Shown piece by piece: positions 52,140 to 62,125 of a stretch of DNA of 64,000 nucleotides (its first letter is position 1; each line of letters opens with the position of its first letter). The notes below the pieces were generated by a model that had not been told where the DNA came from, did no database searches, and saw only the letters and a list, made by a program, of their open reading frames with translations. A program made the translations under genes and the position numbers. This DNA is from an uncultured delta proteobacterium (lineage in GTDB: Bacteria; Desulfobacterota; Binatia; Binatales; Binataceae), in assembly GCA_963794325.1 (NCBI GenBank), contig CAWCDG010000003.1, positions 192,001 through 256,000 of the forward strand, written 5' to 3'.

Positions 52140-52673
52140 ATGAGAAAGGTTGTGCTCGCAATCGTCGCGATGTTCCTGATGCTCGGCTTGTGCTCAGCCG
52201 CGCCGACCCACGCACAGCCCGGGCCTCCGCCGGACCACGAGGGACCTCCGCCCCCGCCGGACCACGGGGGACCGCCGCCTCCGAGTTACCGGGATCGCCT
52301 CCGCGACCGGGCACACCGGGAATGCGAATTGGAACACCATGAGTGTGAGAGAAACTGGCACAACGTCTGCGACATGCAGCATGACCGCTGCGAAGCCTCC
52401 CATCAGGATTGTGAGGACGCCGCCAAAGCCGGCGAGGTCTCCCACGAGGTTTGCGAGCGACAGCACCGCAACTGTGACGAACAACATCACAGCTGCGACG
52501 ATCAGGTTCATGGATGTGAGTCGCTACATCGGGAGTGCGAGGATCGAGTCAGAGGAGCTGTACGATTGATCGAACCACGAAGTAGTGGGGCGGGCCGCCG
52601 TGCCCGCCATCGACGCGTGGGCGTCCGCGTCCACGCTTACCGAGGAATGACTCTGGGTGTGGCCGCACTTTGA
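52140..52673 (+). CDS. Secreted His/Cys heptad-repeat protein (true end may be 52569)
   Basis: RBS GGAG; signal peptide; GPPPDH repeats; about 10 H-x-x-C-[ED]-x-x units. Confidence 0.65.
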   Translation: MRKVVLAIVAMFLMLGLCSAAPTHAQPGPPPDHEGPPPPPDHGGPPPPSYRDRLRDRAHRECELEHHECERNWHNVCDMQHDRCEASHQDCEDAAKAGEVSHEVCERQHRNCDEQHHSCDDQVHGCESLHRECEDRVRGAVRLIEPRSSGAGRRARHRRVGVRVHAYRGMTLGVAAL

Positions 52674-52709
52674 GGAGGCGGCCCCCGGGCACATAGGCCC
52701 GCCCCACTG
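52582..52709. repeat. REPIN-like inverted pair
   Basis: AGTGGGGCGGGCC-GCC-GTGCCCG at the left and its inverted partner CGGGCAC-ATA-GGCCCGCCCCACT at the right. Confidence 0.65.
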
Positions 52710-52800
52710 AAACCAGGACAATACGCGCCCGCGATGGCCGCTGGCGTGACGGATCGGCTATGGTCAGTTGAAGATTTGATCGTGCAAGGGCACTAACGCA

Positions 52801-53007
52801 ATGCTGACCTTTCGCTTTATCGAATCCAAGAACGCAATCGAGGTCGAATTTGACAACGCAGGTATGGCAGCGCTTTTAGAGGAACTCGCTCTGCTGATAC
52901 ATCACCGCAATCACACCCATTTACGAACTCCGGCATTAGGCGGAAGTGAGCTATCGAGAAAGTCCGAGGTGTCGGAGGTGACGATCTACTATCGTCGTTC
53001 AAATTAG
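52801..53007 (+). CDS. Imm32-like immunity protein (short, possibly truncated)
   Basis: MLTF...IEV.FD..G...L...L..L....HTHLRTP..GG.ELS pattern. Confidence 0.55.
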   Translation: MLTFRFIESKNAIEVEFDNAGMAALLEELALLIHHRNHTHLRTPALGGSELSRKSEVSEVTIYYRRSN

Positions 53008-53100
53008 GACACTACCGCCCTCCGCAAGGGGCTGGTTTGATGCCCATTTTCCGATCATAATGCTTGATTACCCCATTTTTCGGGGTAAACGGTAACTCTG

Positions 53101-54348
53101 GTGGGATTAGTCGTTCAAAAATACGGCGGAACTTCCGTCGGCTCAATCGAGCGGATCAAGGCGGTCGCCGATCGCGTCGTAAGAGTGCGCGACGCCGGCG
53201 ATCGAATCGTCGTGGTCGTGTCCGCGATGGCCGGTGAGACCAATCGGCTGTTTGCGCTCGCATCCGAACTCAGCGAATCTCCCAGCGCCCGCGAGACCGA
53301 CGTGCTGGTCGCGACCGGCGAGCAGGTCTCAGCCGCTCTGCTCGCGATCAGGCTCCAATCGATGGGCCATCCGACGGTTTCGATTCTCGCTTTTCAGATG
53401 AATCTGACGACCGACTCGAATCACGGTCGCGCGCGAATCACGTCCGTGCAATGCGACCGCGTGATCCGCGCGCTCGACGAGGGACAGATTGTTGTCGTGG
53501 CCGGATACCAGGGCGTCAACCCAAGCGGCGATATCACAACGCTTGGCCGCGGCGCCTCGGACCTAACCGCCGTTGCGCTCGCAGCCGCTCTCAAAGCCGA
53601 CGCGTGCGAAATCTACACCGACGTGGACGGCGTCTATACCGCCGATCCCAACGTATGCCCCAAAGCAAAGAAACTCGGGCGCATCTCTTATGATGAAATG
53701 CTCGAGATGGCGGGGCTCGGCGCGAAGGTCCTGCAAACCCGTTCCGTTGAACTCGCCCGCCGCTACAACGTGCCGCTCGTCGTCCGCTCCAGCTTCGGTG
53801 AAGGGGAGGGGACATGGGTCGGACAAGAGGATCAGTCGATGGAGGACGTGCTCGTCTCGGGCGTAACGCTCGACCAGAATCAAAGCAAGATAACCGTCGC
53901 CGGTGTCGAGGATCGTCCCGGTCTCGCGGCGAAGATTTTTAGTCCGATCGCGGAGGCGGGAATCGTCGTCGATATGATTATCCAGAACGCCAGCGCCGAC
54001 GGCCGTACCGACATGACGTTTACGATCGGTCGCGAGGATCTGAAACGCGCACTGGAAATCGTCGAGCGCACGGCCCGGGAAATCGGCGCGGCCGGCGTCC
54101 GGCACAACGACCAGGTCGCCAAGGTCTCGGTGGTCGGCGTTGGAATGCGCACGCATTCGGGCGTCGCGTCCACGATGTTCAAAGTGCTGGCGGCCGAGCG
54201 AATTAATATCGAGATGATTTCGACCTCGGAGATTAAAGTCTCGGTGGTGGTCAATTCCAAATACGGCGAGCTCGCGATGCGTGCGCTGCACGACGCGTTT
54301 ATCAACGGCGACGGCGGGCATAGCGGCACGCCGCGGGAGTCAGTTTGA
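53101..54348 (+). CDS. lysC: Aspartate kinase
   Basis: VQKYGGTSV, VVSAM, TGEQVS, TTLGRGASD, YTDVDGVYTADP, two ACT domains. Confidence 0.96.
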   Translation: MGLVVQKYGGTSVGSIERIKAVADRVVRVRDAGDRIVVVVSAMAGETNRLFALASELSESPSARETDVLVATGEQVSAALLAIRLQSMGHPTVSILAFQMNLTTDSNHGRARITSVQCDRVIRALDEGQIVVVAGYQGVNPSGDITTLGRGASDLTAVALAAALKADACEIYTDVDGVYTADPNVCPKAKKLGRISYDEMLEMAGLGAKVLQTRSVELARRYNVPLVVRSSFGEGEGTWVGQEDQSMEDVLVSGVTLDQNQSKITVAGVEDRPGLAAKIFSPIAEAGIVVDMIIQNASADGRTDMTFTIGREDLKRALEIVERTAREIGAAGVRHNDQVAKVSVVGVGMRTHSGVASTMFKVLAAERINIEMISTSEIKVSVVVNSKYGELAMRALHDAFINGDGGHSGTPRESV

Positions 54349-54353
54349 GTCCG

Positions 54354-56033
54354 ATGGCGGATGCAAAACATATCCAGGTTTACGACACCACGTTGCGCGA
54401 CGGGTGCCAGTCCGAGGACGTTTCGCTGACGGTCGAAGACAAGGTCACGATTGCCGAGCGGCTCGATGATCTCGGGTTCGATTACATCGAAGGTGGATGG
54501 CCGGGCTCGAATGACCGCGACGCGGCCTTCTTCAAAGAGATCAAGAAAATCAAGATTCGCCACGCAAAGATCGCCGCCTTCGGATCGACGCGGCGTTCAG
54601 GAGTGCGCGCCTCCGCTGATCGCAATCTTCAATTGCTCTTACGCACCGGAACTCAGGTCGCGACCGTGGTCGGCAAGACCTGGGACATGCACGTGCGCGA
54701 GGCGCTCAGAATCCCGCTCAACGAAAATCTTGAGATTCTCAACGACACTATCGCCTTTCTGAAAAAGAACTTCGACGAAGCTATCTTCGACGCTGAGCAT
54801 TTCTTCGACGGCTATTTTCACAATCCCGAATACGCGATTGCCTGCTTGAAAGCCGTGGACGACGCAGGCGTAACACTGATCGCGCTGTGCGACACCAACG
54901 GCGGACGCCTGCCGCATGAAATCGAGGCTGCGGTGACGGCGGCTCGTGCCGCGGTGAATTGCCCGATCGGAATCCATTGTCACAACGACTCCGAAGTTGC
55001 GGTCGCCAACACCTTGGCTGGTGTGCATGCGGGCGCAACCCAGGTGCAGGGCACTATCAACGGCTTCGGCGAGCGATGCGGTAACGCCAACCTGGTTTCG
55101 ATCATCGCGAATCTGCAGCTCAAACTCGGCTACCATTGCGTGCCGCCCGCCAAGCTCAAGACGATGCGCGAGGTCTCGACCCTGGTGTACGAGCTTGCGA
55201 ACATCACGCCGTTCGCGCGCCAGCCGTACGTCGGCCGCAGCGCATTCGCGCACAAAGGCGGCCTGCACGTGTCCGGAATCCAGCGCAACACCGCGACCTA
55301 TGAGCACATCGATCCCGCGCTGCTCGGCAACGATCGCCGCGTCCTGCTCTCGGAGCTGTCCGGTCGCGCCAACATCACCTACAAAGCGAAAGAGTTCGGC
55401 CTTGAGATCGGCAATGCGAGCGACGACAAGATCGGCGCGCTGCTCGATGAGCTCAAGCGCCTCGAAGGCGCGGGCTACACTTTCGACGGCGCCGACGCCT
55501 CATTCGAGCTGCTCATGCTCCGCACGCTCGGTCTCGCCAGGGAGCATTTCAACTTCGTCAGCTTCCGCGTGTTCGACGACAAGTGGCATGAGGACCGCGC
55601 CCCGTTCAGCGAAGCGGTCGTCGTACTCGAAGGTCCCGACGGCGTGCGCACCCGCAACTCCGCAATCGGCAACGGCCCCGTCAACGCCCTCGATTCGGCG
55701 CTGCGTTCCGCGCTTCTGCCGTACTATCCAAATCTCGAAGCCATGCAGCTGGTCGATTACAAAGTTCGCGTGCTCGACAACGGCGCAGGCACCGAGGCGC
55801 GCGTCCGCGTGCTGATCGAATCGACCGACGGCAAGCGGCGATGGGGTACGGTCGGCCTTTCGAGCAACGTCGTCGAGGCGAGCTGGCAAGCGCTGGTTGA
55901 CTCGGTCGAATACAAGCTGCACAAGGATAATGTGAAGCCGCGCGCCAAATCGGCCGCTGGAAAAGGAAACGGAGCGCGTCCGCGGTCCGCCAAATCCGCG
56001 GAGAACAGCCACGCCGCCCATTCGAAGGCCTGA
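54354..56033 (+). CDS. cimA: Citramalate synthase
   Basis: [58 protein letters not shown]. Confidence 0.93.
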   Translation: MADAKHIQVYDTTLRDGCQSEDVSLTVEDKVTIAERLDDLGFDYIEGGWPGSNDRDAAFFKEIKKIKIRHAKIAAFGSTRRSGVRASADRNLQLLLRTGTQVATVVGKTWDMHVREALRIPLNENLEILNDTIAFLKKNFDEAIFDAEHFFDGYFHNPEYAIACLKAVDDAGVTLIALCDTNGGRLPHEIEAAVTAARAAVNCPIGIHCHNDSEVAVANTLAGVHAGATQVQGTINGFGERCGNANLVSIIANLQLKLGYHCVPPAKLKTMREVSTLVYELANITPFARQPYVGRSAFAHKGGLHVSGIQRNTATYEHIDPALLGNDRRVLLSELSGRANITYKAKEFGLEIGNASDDKIGALLDELKRLEGAGYTFDGADASFELLMLRTLGLAREHFNFVSFRVFDDKWHEDRAPFSEAVVVLEGPDGVRTRNSAIGNGPVNALDSALRSALLPYYPNLEAMQLVDYKVRVLDNGAGTEARVRVLIESTDGKRRWGTVGLSSNVVEASWQALVDSVEYKLHKDNVKPRAKSAAGKGNGARPRSAKSAENSHAAHSKA

Positions 56034-56061
56034 CGCGCGGCGGCAAAACGAGGTTCGTACC

Positions 56062-56778
56062 ATGGGTGTTCTGAGCCGAATGAAGGAAGACATCCAGTCG
56101 ATTTTCGACCGCGACCCGGCCGCGCGCAGCACTATCGAAGTGGTGCTCCTGTATCCCGGCCTGCACGCCATCTGGGCCTACCGAGTCGCACATTGGCTCT
56201 GGGAGCATAACTGCAAGCTGCTCGGACGCCTCGTAAGCGAGATCGCGCGCTTCATCACCGGAATCGAAATACATCCCGGCGCGAAAATCGGTCGCCGCTT
56301 GTTCATCGATCATGGGATGGGCATCGTGATGGGCGAGACTACGGAAATCGGCGACGACGTCCTCATCTACCAGGGCGTCACGCTCGGCGGCACCAGCACC
56401 AAAAAAGAGAAGCGCCACCCGACGCTCGAGGATCACGTGATGGTCAGCACGGGCGCGTCGGTTATCGGCCCGGTGCGAATCGGCGAAGGCAGCAGAATCG
56501 GCGCGGGCGCAGTTGTGGTGTCGTCGTGTCCGCCGTGGTCAACGGTCGTGGGAATTCCCGGCAAGGTGATTGAGGGCGACAACCCTCGCCACGACGTGAT
56601 GGAACTCGATCACGCCAAGCTGCCCGACCCGGTCGCGCGCGCGATGGGCAATCTAATCGAGAAGCTCAACCGGATGGGCGTGCGGATGGAAGAAATCGAG
56701 GAGCGTCAGGACTGCCTCGAAGACAAAGTCAGCGAGCACCTTCCGCCGACCCCCGATCGCATCGCCAACAAGGGTTAG
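56062..56778 (+). CDS. cysE: Serine O-acetyltransferase
   Basis: [23 protein letters not shown]...FIDHG.G.V.GET, KRHPT. Confidence 0.95.
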   Translation: MGVLSRMKEDIQSIFDRDPAARSTIEVVLLYPGLHAIWAYRVAHWLWEHNCKLLGRLVSEIARFITGIEIHPGAKIGRRLFIDHGMGIVMGETTEIGDDVLIYQGVTLGGTSTKKEKRHPTLEDHVMVSTGASVIGPVRIGEGSRIGAGAVVVSSCPPWSTVVGIPGKVIEGDNPRHDVMELDHAKLPDPVARAMGNLIEKLNRMGVRMEEIEERQDCLEDKVSEHLPPTPDRIANKG

Positions 56779-56834
56779 CTGGAAGTCGCCATCGTCGGCC
56801 ACCTCGCCTGCTTTTCGTCTGAAACATCTACGGC

Positions 56835-57449
56835 CTAACTCTGCTTGATTGTCTCGTCGATCTTTGAGGCCAGGCCCCAGGCAGCATACCTCAGAACGAG
56901 CTTCTCCGCGGACATGAGCGAAACGGCATGCCCCCCGGAGGCGATGCTGATGGGCGGAATGACACCGGTTTCGGTCTGGGATTTGCTGCTGATGAGGTCG
57001 GCCATCGTCTTGCCAGTTTGCTGATCAACGAGGGTCGCCTTCACTACTGCGGTATTTTCGGGCCTGAAGTAGAACCCGCCAGGAACAAGTCCAAGTGCGG
57101 TCGCTTCGGCCTTCTCCCCGGTTGTGCTTTGGGAGTACGACACGATGCTGCACGTTATCCGCAACGCCTTGGATGGCTGCTTTCCTTGCTCGGCGATCTC
57201 GTATCCCTTTGTGCGCAAGGCCGACTCCAACTCGTCGGTGAAGAAGCTGCTGACGTCGAAAGAGAAAGTCTTCCCTGTATCGTTCGTGACTTTTTCCACC
57301 TCGAAAACACGGTAACCGGCAAGAGATGCGCCGACTTCCACCCTGATATGTGTTAGCTGTGTTTCCGGTATGGCGCAACTTTGCAGAAAGAAGAGGAGCA
57401 GCAGACACTGCCGGGGCCAACGAAGTTTAGCTTCGACCTCTCCTCGCAT
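56835..57449 (-). CDS. Hypothetical lipoprotein (DUF4410-like)
   Basis: Lipobox LQS-C; alpha/beta body ending LVDQQTG. Confidence 0.5.
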   Translation of the reverse strand: MRGEVEAKLRWPRQCLLLLFFLQSCAIPETQLTHIRVEVGASLAGYRVFEVEKVTNDTGKTFSFDVSSFFTDELESALRTKGYEIAEQGKQPSKALRITCSIVSYSQSTTGEKAEATALGLVPGGFYFRPENTAVVKATLVDQQTGKTMADLISSKSQTETGVIPPISIASGGHAVSLMSAEKLVLRYAAWGLASKIDETIKQS

Positions 57450-57478
57450 ATGCGTCCAACCTGGCATTGCGTATACCG

Positions 57479-58498
57479 CTATTTCTTCTGATGCGGCGTG
57501 CCGATGTACGGAAACTCCTTGAGCGTGTCGCTGTGCGGCTTGAGGCCGCTGGGGGGACATTCATTCTTGGTCAGGAACGCGAGCCGGTAATCGATCACGT
57601 CGTCAGTGAAGACACGGCCGTTGGGATACTTCGCCGGCTTCGACGGATTGAAACTCATCACGTCGGGCAACGTTCCCTCTTTGTCGATCGCTGCGATCGC
57701 CTCTTCACGCGAGTAGTTGCCGGTATGTCCCATCAGATGCACGAACTGATCGATCCATCGCTTGCGATCGTTCACTGGCTCGCTCGCGTTGTATTCCAGC
57801 TTGGTATCGTCGGTGTTGAAGAAACTGCTGACTGAAGGATGGCCCGCGCGATCGACGTGAAGGAGCTTGCCGTCCTGCCGCACGCTGCATCGTCCCCAGA
57901 TATGTACCACGGGCTTCGGCGCCAGTTCGTTGGTCGGCAGCTCGATCACCGTCGAGAACACGTTGGCTGCTGTATTGGAATCCACGCCGGTCCACGGAGA
58001 CTTGCCGCCGAGATCGCGCAGATGAGGTTCGGTGAAATTCCGTTTGCCCCTGATATCGAACAGAGCCTTGATACCATCAAAATCGAAGAAGAAGGCGTCG
58101 CTGCGGCTCCCGGCGAAGAATGTGTATTCGCCCGCTTTGACGATGTTGGGCTTGGGCCCGAACGAGACCTCCGCATCGGCGACGATCTTCTTCCCAACCG
58201 CTTCGACCGAGCGCGACTCCGCGCCCTTGGCCAGAAACACGTTGAAGGTTTGCTTACCGTTTTGCGGTTTCGAGAACACGTAGCTAAAAGCGATGTCCGT
58301 CAACAAATCACCATCGTTGTCGATGTTGAGGCGGTAGATGGCGTCGGGATGGAGCGCGTCGGCGTTCGGATTTGCATTGAGGATGATCACAGTCCGCGAT
58401 GGATCGGTCGGTGACTGGAACGCGTACAGGTCGCACAGATCGAGCCGTTGATCTCCGAGCGGCGGTCCGAGACTGAGTCCAGTGAAGTGGTTTGACAT
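57479..58498 (-). CDS. DUF4331 family protein without signal peptide
   Basis: MSNH...DLCDLYAF, YRLNIDNDGD, FAGSRSDAFFFD, DRAGHP, YPNGR..TDDVID, FPY.G.PH. Confidence 0.85.
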   Translation of the reverse strand: MSNHFTGLSLGPPLGDQRLDLCDLYAFQSPTDPSRTVIILNANPNADALHPDAIYRLNIDNDGDLLTDIAFSYVFSKPQNGKQTFNVFLAKGAESRSVEAVGKKIVADAEVSFGPKPNIVKAGEYTFFAGSRSDAFFFDFDGIKALFDIRGKRNFTEPHLRDLGGKSPWTGVDSNTAANVFSTVIELPTNELAPKPVVHIWGRCSVRQDGKLLHVDRAGHPSVSSFFNTDDTKLEYNASEPVNDRKRWIDQFVHLMGHTGNYSREEAIAAIDKEGTLPDVMSFNPSKPAKYPNGRVFTDDVIDYRLAFLTKNECPPSGLKPHSDTLKEFPYIGTPHQKK

Positions 58499-58594
58499 TT
58501 CCTTTCTCCTTGGAAAATCGAAAATGTGGATGCGTTGACCTTCGAAATATTAACAACGGCGCCATTCTGTGTCGCCCGATTTTTTTTGACGACC

Positions 58595-59815
58595 TCAGAG
58601 CTTATGTCCGAAGCCCGCGCCCATCTCGTACTCATTCGGACTCTCGATTAACTTTCCACTGACGATTCGCTCGAATCCAAACGGCGTCAGATCAACCGTC
58701 GTGCTCGCACCGGTCAGAATCAACTCGGCCATCGACGCGCCAACCTGTGGCGCAGTCTTGAATCCGGTGCCGCTGAAGCCCGCCGCGACGAACAGGTGCT
58801 CGACGTTCGGCACCGGCCCCATCACGGCGCGCGCGTCCGGGCTGACGTCGTAAATGCCGGCGTGGCCGCGAGAGTAGGGCGCATCGGCCATCGCAGGAAT
58901 CCGCTTTGCGAGACGCTTACGCACCGCCCCGACAAAGTCGTCGTCGTTGCTCTCGCGAAAGTCGTCCGGATTCGCCTCCGCCTCGATCTTCCATCCACCA
59001 AGCCCGGCCAGCGTGAGATCGTCGCCATGCGGACGAAAGTAACTGCCCGCGATCGTATCTATATAGATGCAATGTTTGATTGGAGGGGGCCGTTTGAAGA
59101 ATGCAATCTGCGCACGCTCGCACTTGATACCGATCTTCAAGCCCAACGGTGCGAGCAGCGCATCAGTCCACGGTCCAGCGACGACGCATACCGCGTCGGC
59201 CTCGTGAACGCGCCCATCGCTATCGACGACTCCCGTCGCTCGACCGCCGCGATGCACGATTCGCGCAATAGCCGTATTCGTCGAGAACTCCGCGCCGTAA
59301 CCTTTCGCCGCGGCAGCGAGCGACTCCGTCGTCGCGACGGGATCGGCATAACCGCTGTGCGGCTCGAACGCAGCAAGCGCGATGTCATCGACAAATGCGT
59401 CAGGCTCGAGCTTCCGCAACTCAGCCGCAGTCACAACTTCGGTATCGACGCCGACGCGCTGGAGCATCGCGACATTCGCTCGAAGTCGCGCTGCATTTCG
59501 TTCATCAACCACGACCGCGAAACCGGTTTCGACGAAACCGCATCGCCCGCCGACGATGTCGCTCCAATTGCAGAAGTATTGATAACTCTTCCAGGCCAGC
59601 GTTGCTTCAGGCGCGAACGTATAATGCATCCTGACCAGTGCGCCCGACCGCGCCGACATCCCGGCGCAAATTCCGCCTTTGTCGAACACCCGCACGCGCG
59701 CTCCGGCGCGCGCAAGATGGAACGCGATCGAGCATCCAACCACGCCCGCGCCAATCACGATTATGCTCGCGTCCGATGCCGTGTCCGTCACGCGAAGAAC
59801 CCCGTCTTTTTCCAA
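58595..59815 (-). CDS. FAD-dependent oxidoreductase (DAO/sarcosine oxidase beta-like)
   Basis: IGAGVVG, S.RSGALVR.HY, GYADP, YDVSPD, GFSGTGFK.AP.VG. Confidence 0.85.
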   Translation of the reverse strand: MEKDGVLRVTDTASDASIIVIGAGVVGCSIAFHLARAGARVRVFDKGGICAGMSARSGALVRMHYTFAPEATLAWKSYQYFCNWSDIVGGRCGFVETGFAVVVDERNAARLRANVAMLQRVGVDTEVVTAAELRKLEPDAFVDDIALAAFEPHSGYADPVATTESLAAAAKGYGAEFSTNTAIARIVHRGGRATGVVDSDGRVHEADAVCVVAGPWTDALLAPLGLKIGIKCERAQIAFFKRPPPIKHCIYIDTIAGSYFRPHGDDLTLAGLGGWKIEAEANPDDFRESNDDDFVGAVRKRLAKRIPAMADAPYSRGHAGIYDVSPDARAVMGPVPNVEHLFVAAGFSGTGFKTAPQVGASMAELILTGASTTVDLTPFGFERIVSGKLIESPNEYEMGAGFGHKL

Positions 59816-59867
59816 TGATCAGTGTACGATAAGCTAATCGCCGCCCCCGTGGCGAACATAACTATCC

Positions 59868-61031
59868 ATGCCAATCTATCTTGATCATAACGCGGGCGCT
59901 CCTTTGCGCAGCGAAGCGGCCGCCGCGATTTCGCGCCTGCTGGCGGAGGGGCCAGGCAACCCCTCGTCGGTGCATCGCGCGGGTCAGCGCTCGCGCCGGA
60001 TGCTCGAGGCTGCGCGCGCGCAGGTTGCCGCGATTGTCAGTGCCGAGCCGCGGCAGATCGTGTTCACCAGCGGCGGCACCGAGTCGAATAATCTCGCAAT
60101 CTTCGGCGCGATCACCGCAGCATCGCGGCGGCGCAAAATTATTTCCTCCGAAATCGAGCACTCATCCATCCTTGCGCCGCTGGCGGAACTCGAGCGCCGC
60201 GGCTTCGATGTGGTGCGAATCGCGCCAGACGCCGACGGACGAATCGACTGCTCGCGCGTACTCCCTGCGCTGGACAACGAGACTGCGCTGGTCACGCTCG
60301 GATTGGCGAACTCCGAAGTCGGAACGATTCAGGACCTCGCGCCGCTCGCATTGACGTGTAAAGAATCCAGTGCGCTGTTTCACATCGACGCAGCGCAGGC
60401 GGTTGGCCGGATTCCGGTCGACGTGAACGCTCTGGGATGCGATCTGATGACGCTCAGCGGCCACAAGCTCGGCGCGCCGTCGGGCATCGGCGCGCTGTAT
60501 ATCCGCGACTTCGCAAAGTTTTCTCCAACGATTTTTGGTGGCCCGCATGAAAACGGCATGCGTGCGGGAACGCCCAATCTGCTTGGCGCAGTGGCATTCG
60601 GCGCAGCAGCCGAAGCTGCGATGAATGCGAGAGAGGCGGAGTTGGAGCGAATCGGCTCACTGACCTCCACTCTCTTGATGCGACTGCGCGAAGCGATTTC
60701 CGGCCTTCGCCTGAACGGCCCGACAGTTGGCAGGTTGCCGAACACGCTCAACCTGACGTTTCCGGGCGTGCTCGGCGAGAGCATGCTGATTGCGCTCGAT
60801 CTCGAAGGCGTCGAAGTGTCGATGGGATCGGCGTGCGCAGCCGGAGCCGTCGAGCCGTCGCACGTCCTGCGCGCGATGCGGCGTAGCGTCGCCGATGCCC
60901 GCAGCTCGCTCAGAATCAGTCTTGGATGGAGCAACACCGCGGCGGAAATCGACGCGGTCGCGACGATCATCCCGTCAGTGTGGCGACGCGTCGCCGACGC
61001 CGAACCTTTGTCTGAGGTGGCTGCGCGATGA
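59868..61031 (+). CDS. iscS: Cysteine desulfurase (IscS/NifS class V)
   Basis: YLDHNA, GNPSSVH, FTSGGTESNN, SGHK, RAGTPN, SMGSAC; coupled to mnmA. Confidence 0.88.
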   Translation: MPIYLDHNAGAPLRSEAAAAISRLLAEGPGNPSSVHRAGQRSRRMLEAARAQVAAIVSAEPRQIVFTSGGTESNNLAIFGAITAASRRRKIISSEIEHSSILAPLAELERRGFDVVRIAPDADGRIDCSRVLPALDNETALVTLGLANSEVGTIQDLAPLALTCKESSALFHIDAAQAVGRIPVDVNALGCDLMTLSGHKLGAPSGIGALYIRDFAKFSPTIFGGPHENGMRAGTPNLLGAVAFGAAAEAAMNAREAELERIGSLTSTLLMRLREAISGLRLNGPTVGRLPNTLNLTFPGVLGESMLIALDLEGVEVSMGSACAAGAVEPSHVLRAMRRSVADARSSLRISLGWSNTAAEIDAVATIIPSVWRRVADAEPLSEVAAR

Positions 61032-62125
61032 AGCCGCGAGTGCTGGTCGCGATGTCGGGCGGCGTGGACAGTAGTGTCGCGGCCGCGCTTCTGCGCCAGC
61101 AGGACTACGACGTCGTCGGCGTCGCGATGCGTCTCGCGCCCGAGCCGGCCGCGCCAATCGCGAAGCGGCGGGGCACTTGCTGCTCGCATGACGACTTCGA
61201 AGATGCGCGCCGGGTGGCGGAGCGCATGGATTTCCCCTTTTACGTGATCGATTTGCGCGCCGATTTTGCCGCGCGGGTGGTCGACAACTTCGTCTCCGAA
61301 TATCTCGGCGGTCGCACGCCGAATCCGTGCGTGATGTGCAATCGCGAGATCAAGTTCGATCGCTTATGGAGCCGCGCCCGTGCATTAAATGCCGACTACG
61401 TCGCGACCGGTCATTACGCGCGGATCGAGCGCGGGGTGGACGGCAGGTTTCACCTGCTGCGCGCCGTCGACGACACCAAGGATCAGTCGTACTTCCTTTT
61501 CACACTCGGGCAGGACGAACTGGCACGAACTATTTTTCCGCTCGGCTTGATGACCAAGACTGAAGTTCGCGCACGCGCGCGCGCGTTGGGACTGTCGACC
61601 GCCGACAAGCCGGAGAGCCAGGAAATCTGCTTCGTTCCTGACGGCGACTACGCGAGCTTTGTCGAGCGGCGCAGCGATCCCGAGCAACTTCGCCCCGGCG
61701 CCATCATCGACGGTGACGGAAAGCGTCTGGCGGATCACGCCGGCGTGCATCGATTCACCGTCGGACAGCGCCGCGGCCTGGGTATCGCGGCTGGCGAGCG
61801 GCTGTACGTTCGCGAGATTCGCGCCGAGTCGGGCGAGGTCGTGGCTGGACGCCGCGATGAACTTGATTCATCGGGCCTGATCGCCAATCGAATCAGCCTG
61901 GTCGATGAATCGATCGCGGCCGGTGGCGCGCTGAGTGTCGAGGTGAAGATTCGCTATCGGCATCAAGCGATCCCCGCGACCATGCGCGTAGATTCCGATC
62001 GCCGCGCGCAGATTCGGTTCGCATCGAGCGGTCCTGCCGTGACGCCGGGACAAGCCTGCGTGTTTTACCGCGGGGACGAAGTGATCGGCGGCGGATTTAT
62101 CGAGCGCGCGATCGAGGCGAAGTGA
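61028..62125 (+). CDS. mnmA: tRNA 2-thiouridine(34) synthase MnmA
   Basis: AMSGGVDS, TPNPCVMCN, ATGHY, KDQSYFL, SQEICF, TVGQRRG, TPGQ. Confidence 0.97.
   Translation: MKPRVLVAMSGGVDSSVAAALLRQQDYDVVGVAMRLAPEPAAPIAKRRGTCCSHDDFEDARRVAERMDFPFYVIDLRADFAARVVDNFVSEYLGGRTPNPCVMCNREIKFDRLWSRARALNADYVATGHYARIERGVDGRFHLLRAVDDTKDQSYFLFTLGQDELARTIFPLGLMTKTEVRARARALGLSTADKPESQEICFVPDGDYASFVERRSDPEQLRPGAIIDGDGKRLADHAGVHRFTVGQRRGLGIAAGERLYVREIRAESGEVVAGRRDELDSSGLIANRISLVDESIAAGGALSVEVKIRYRHQAIPATMRVDSDRRAQIRFASSGPAVTPGQACVFYRGDEVIGGGFIERAIEAK

Noticed and set aside
52300-52550. Multihaem cytochrome c call for the His/Cys protein
   Set aside because: No CxxCH motif; spacing is C-x3-H / H-x2-C
53008-53100. 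Lysine riboswitch upstream of lysC
   Set aside because: Interval too short and lacks the consensus; only a small TACCCC/GGGGTA hairpin
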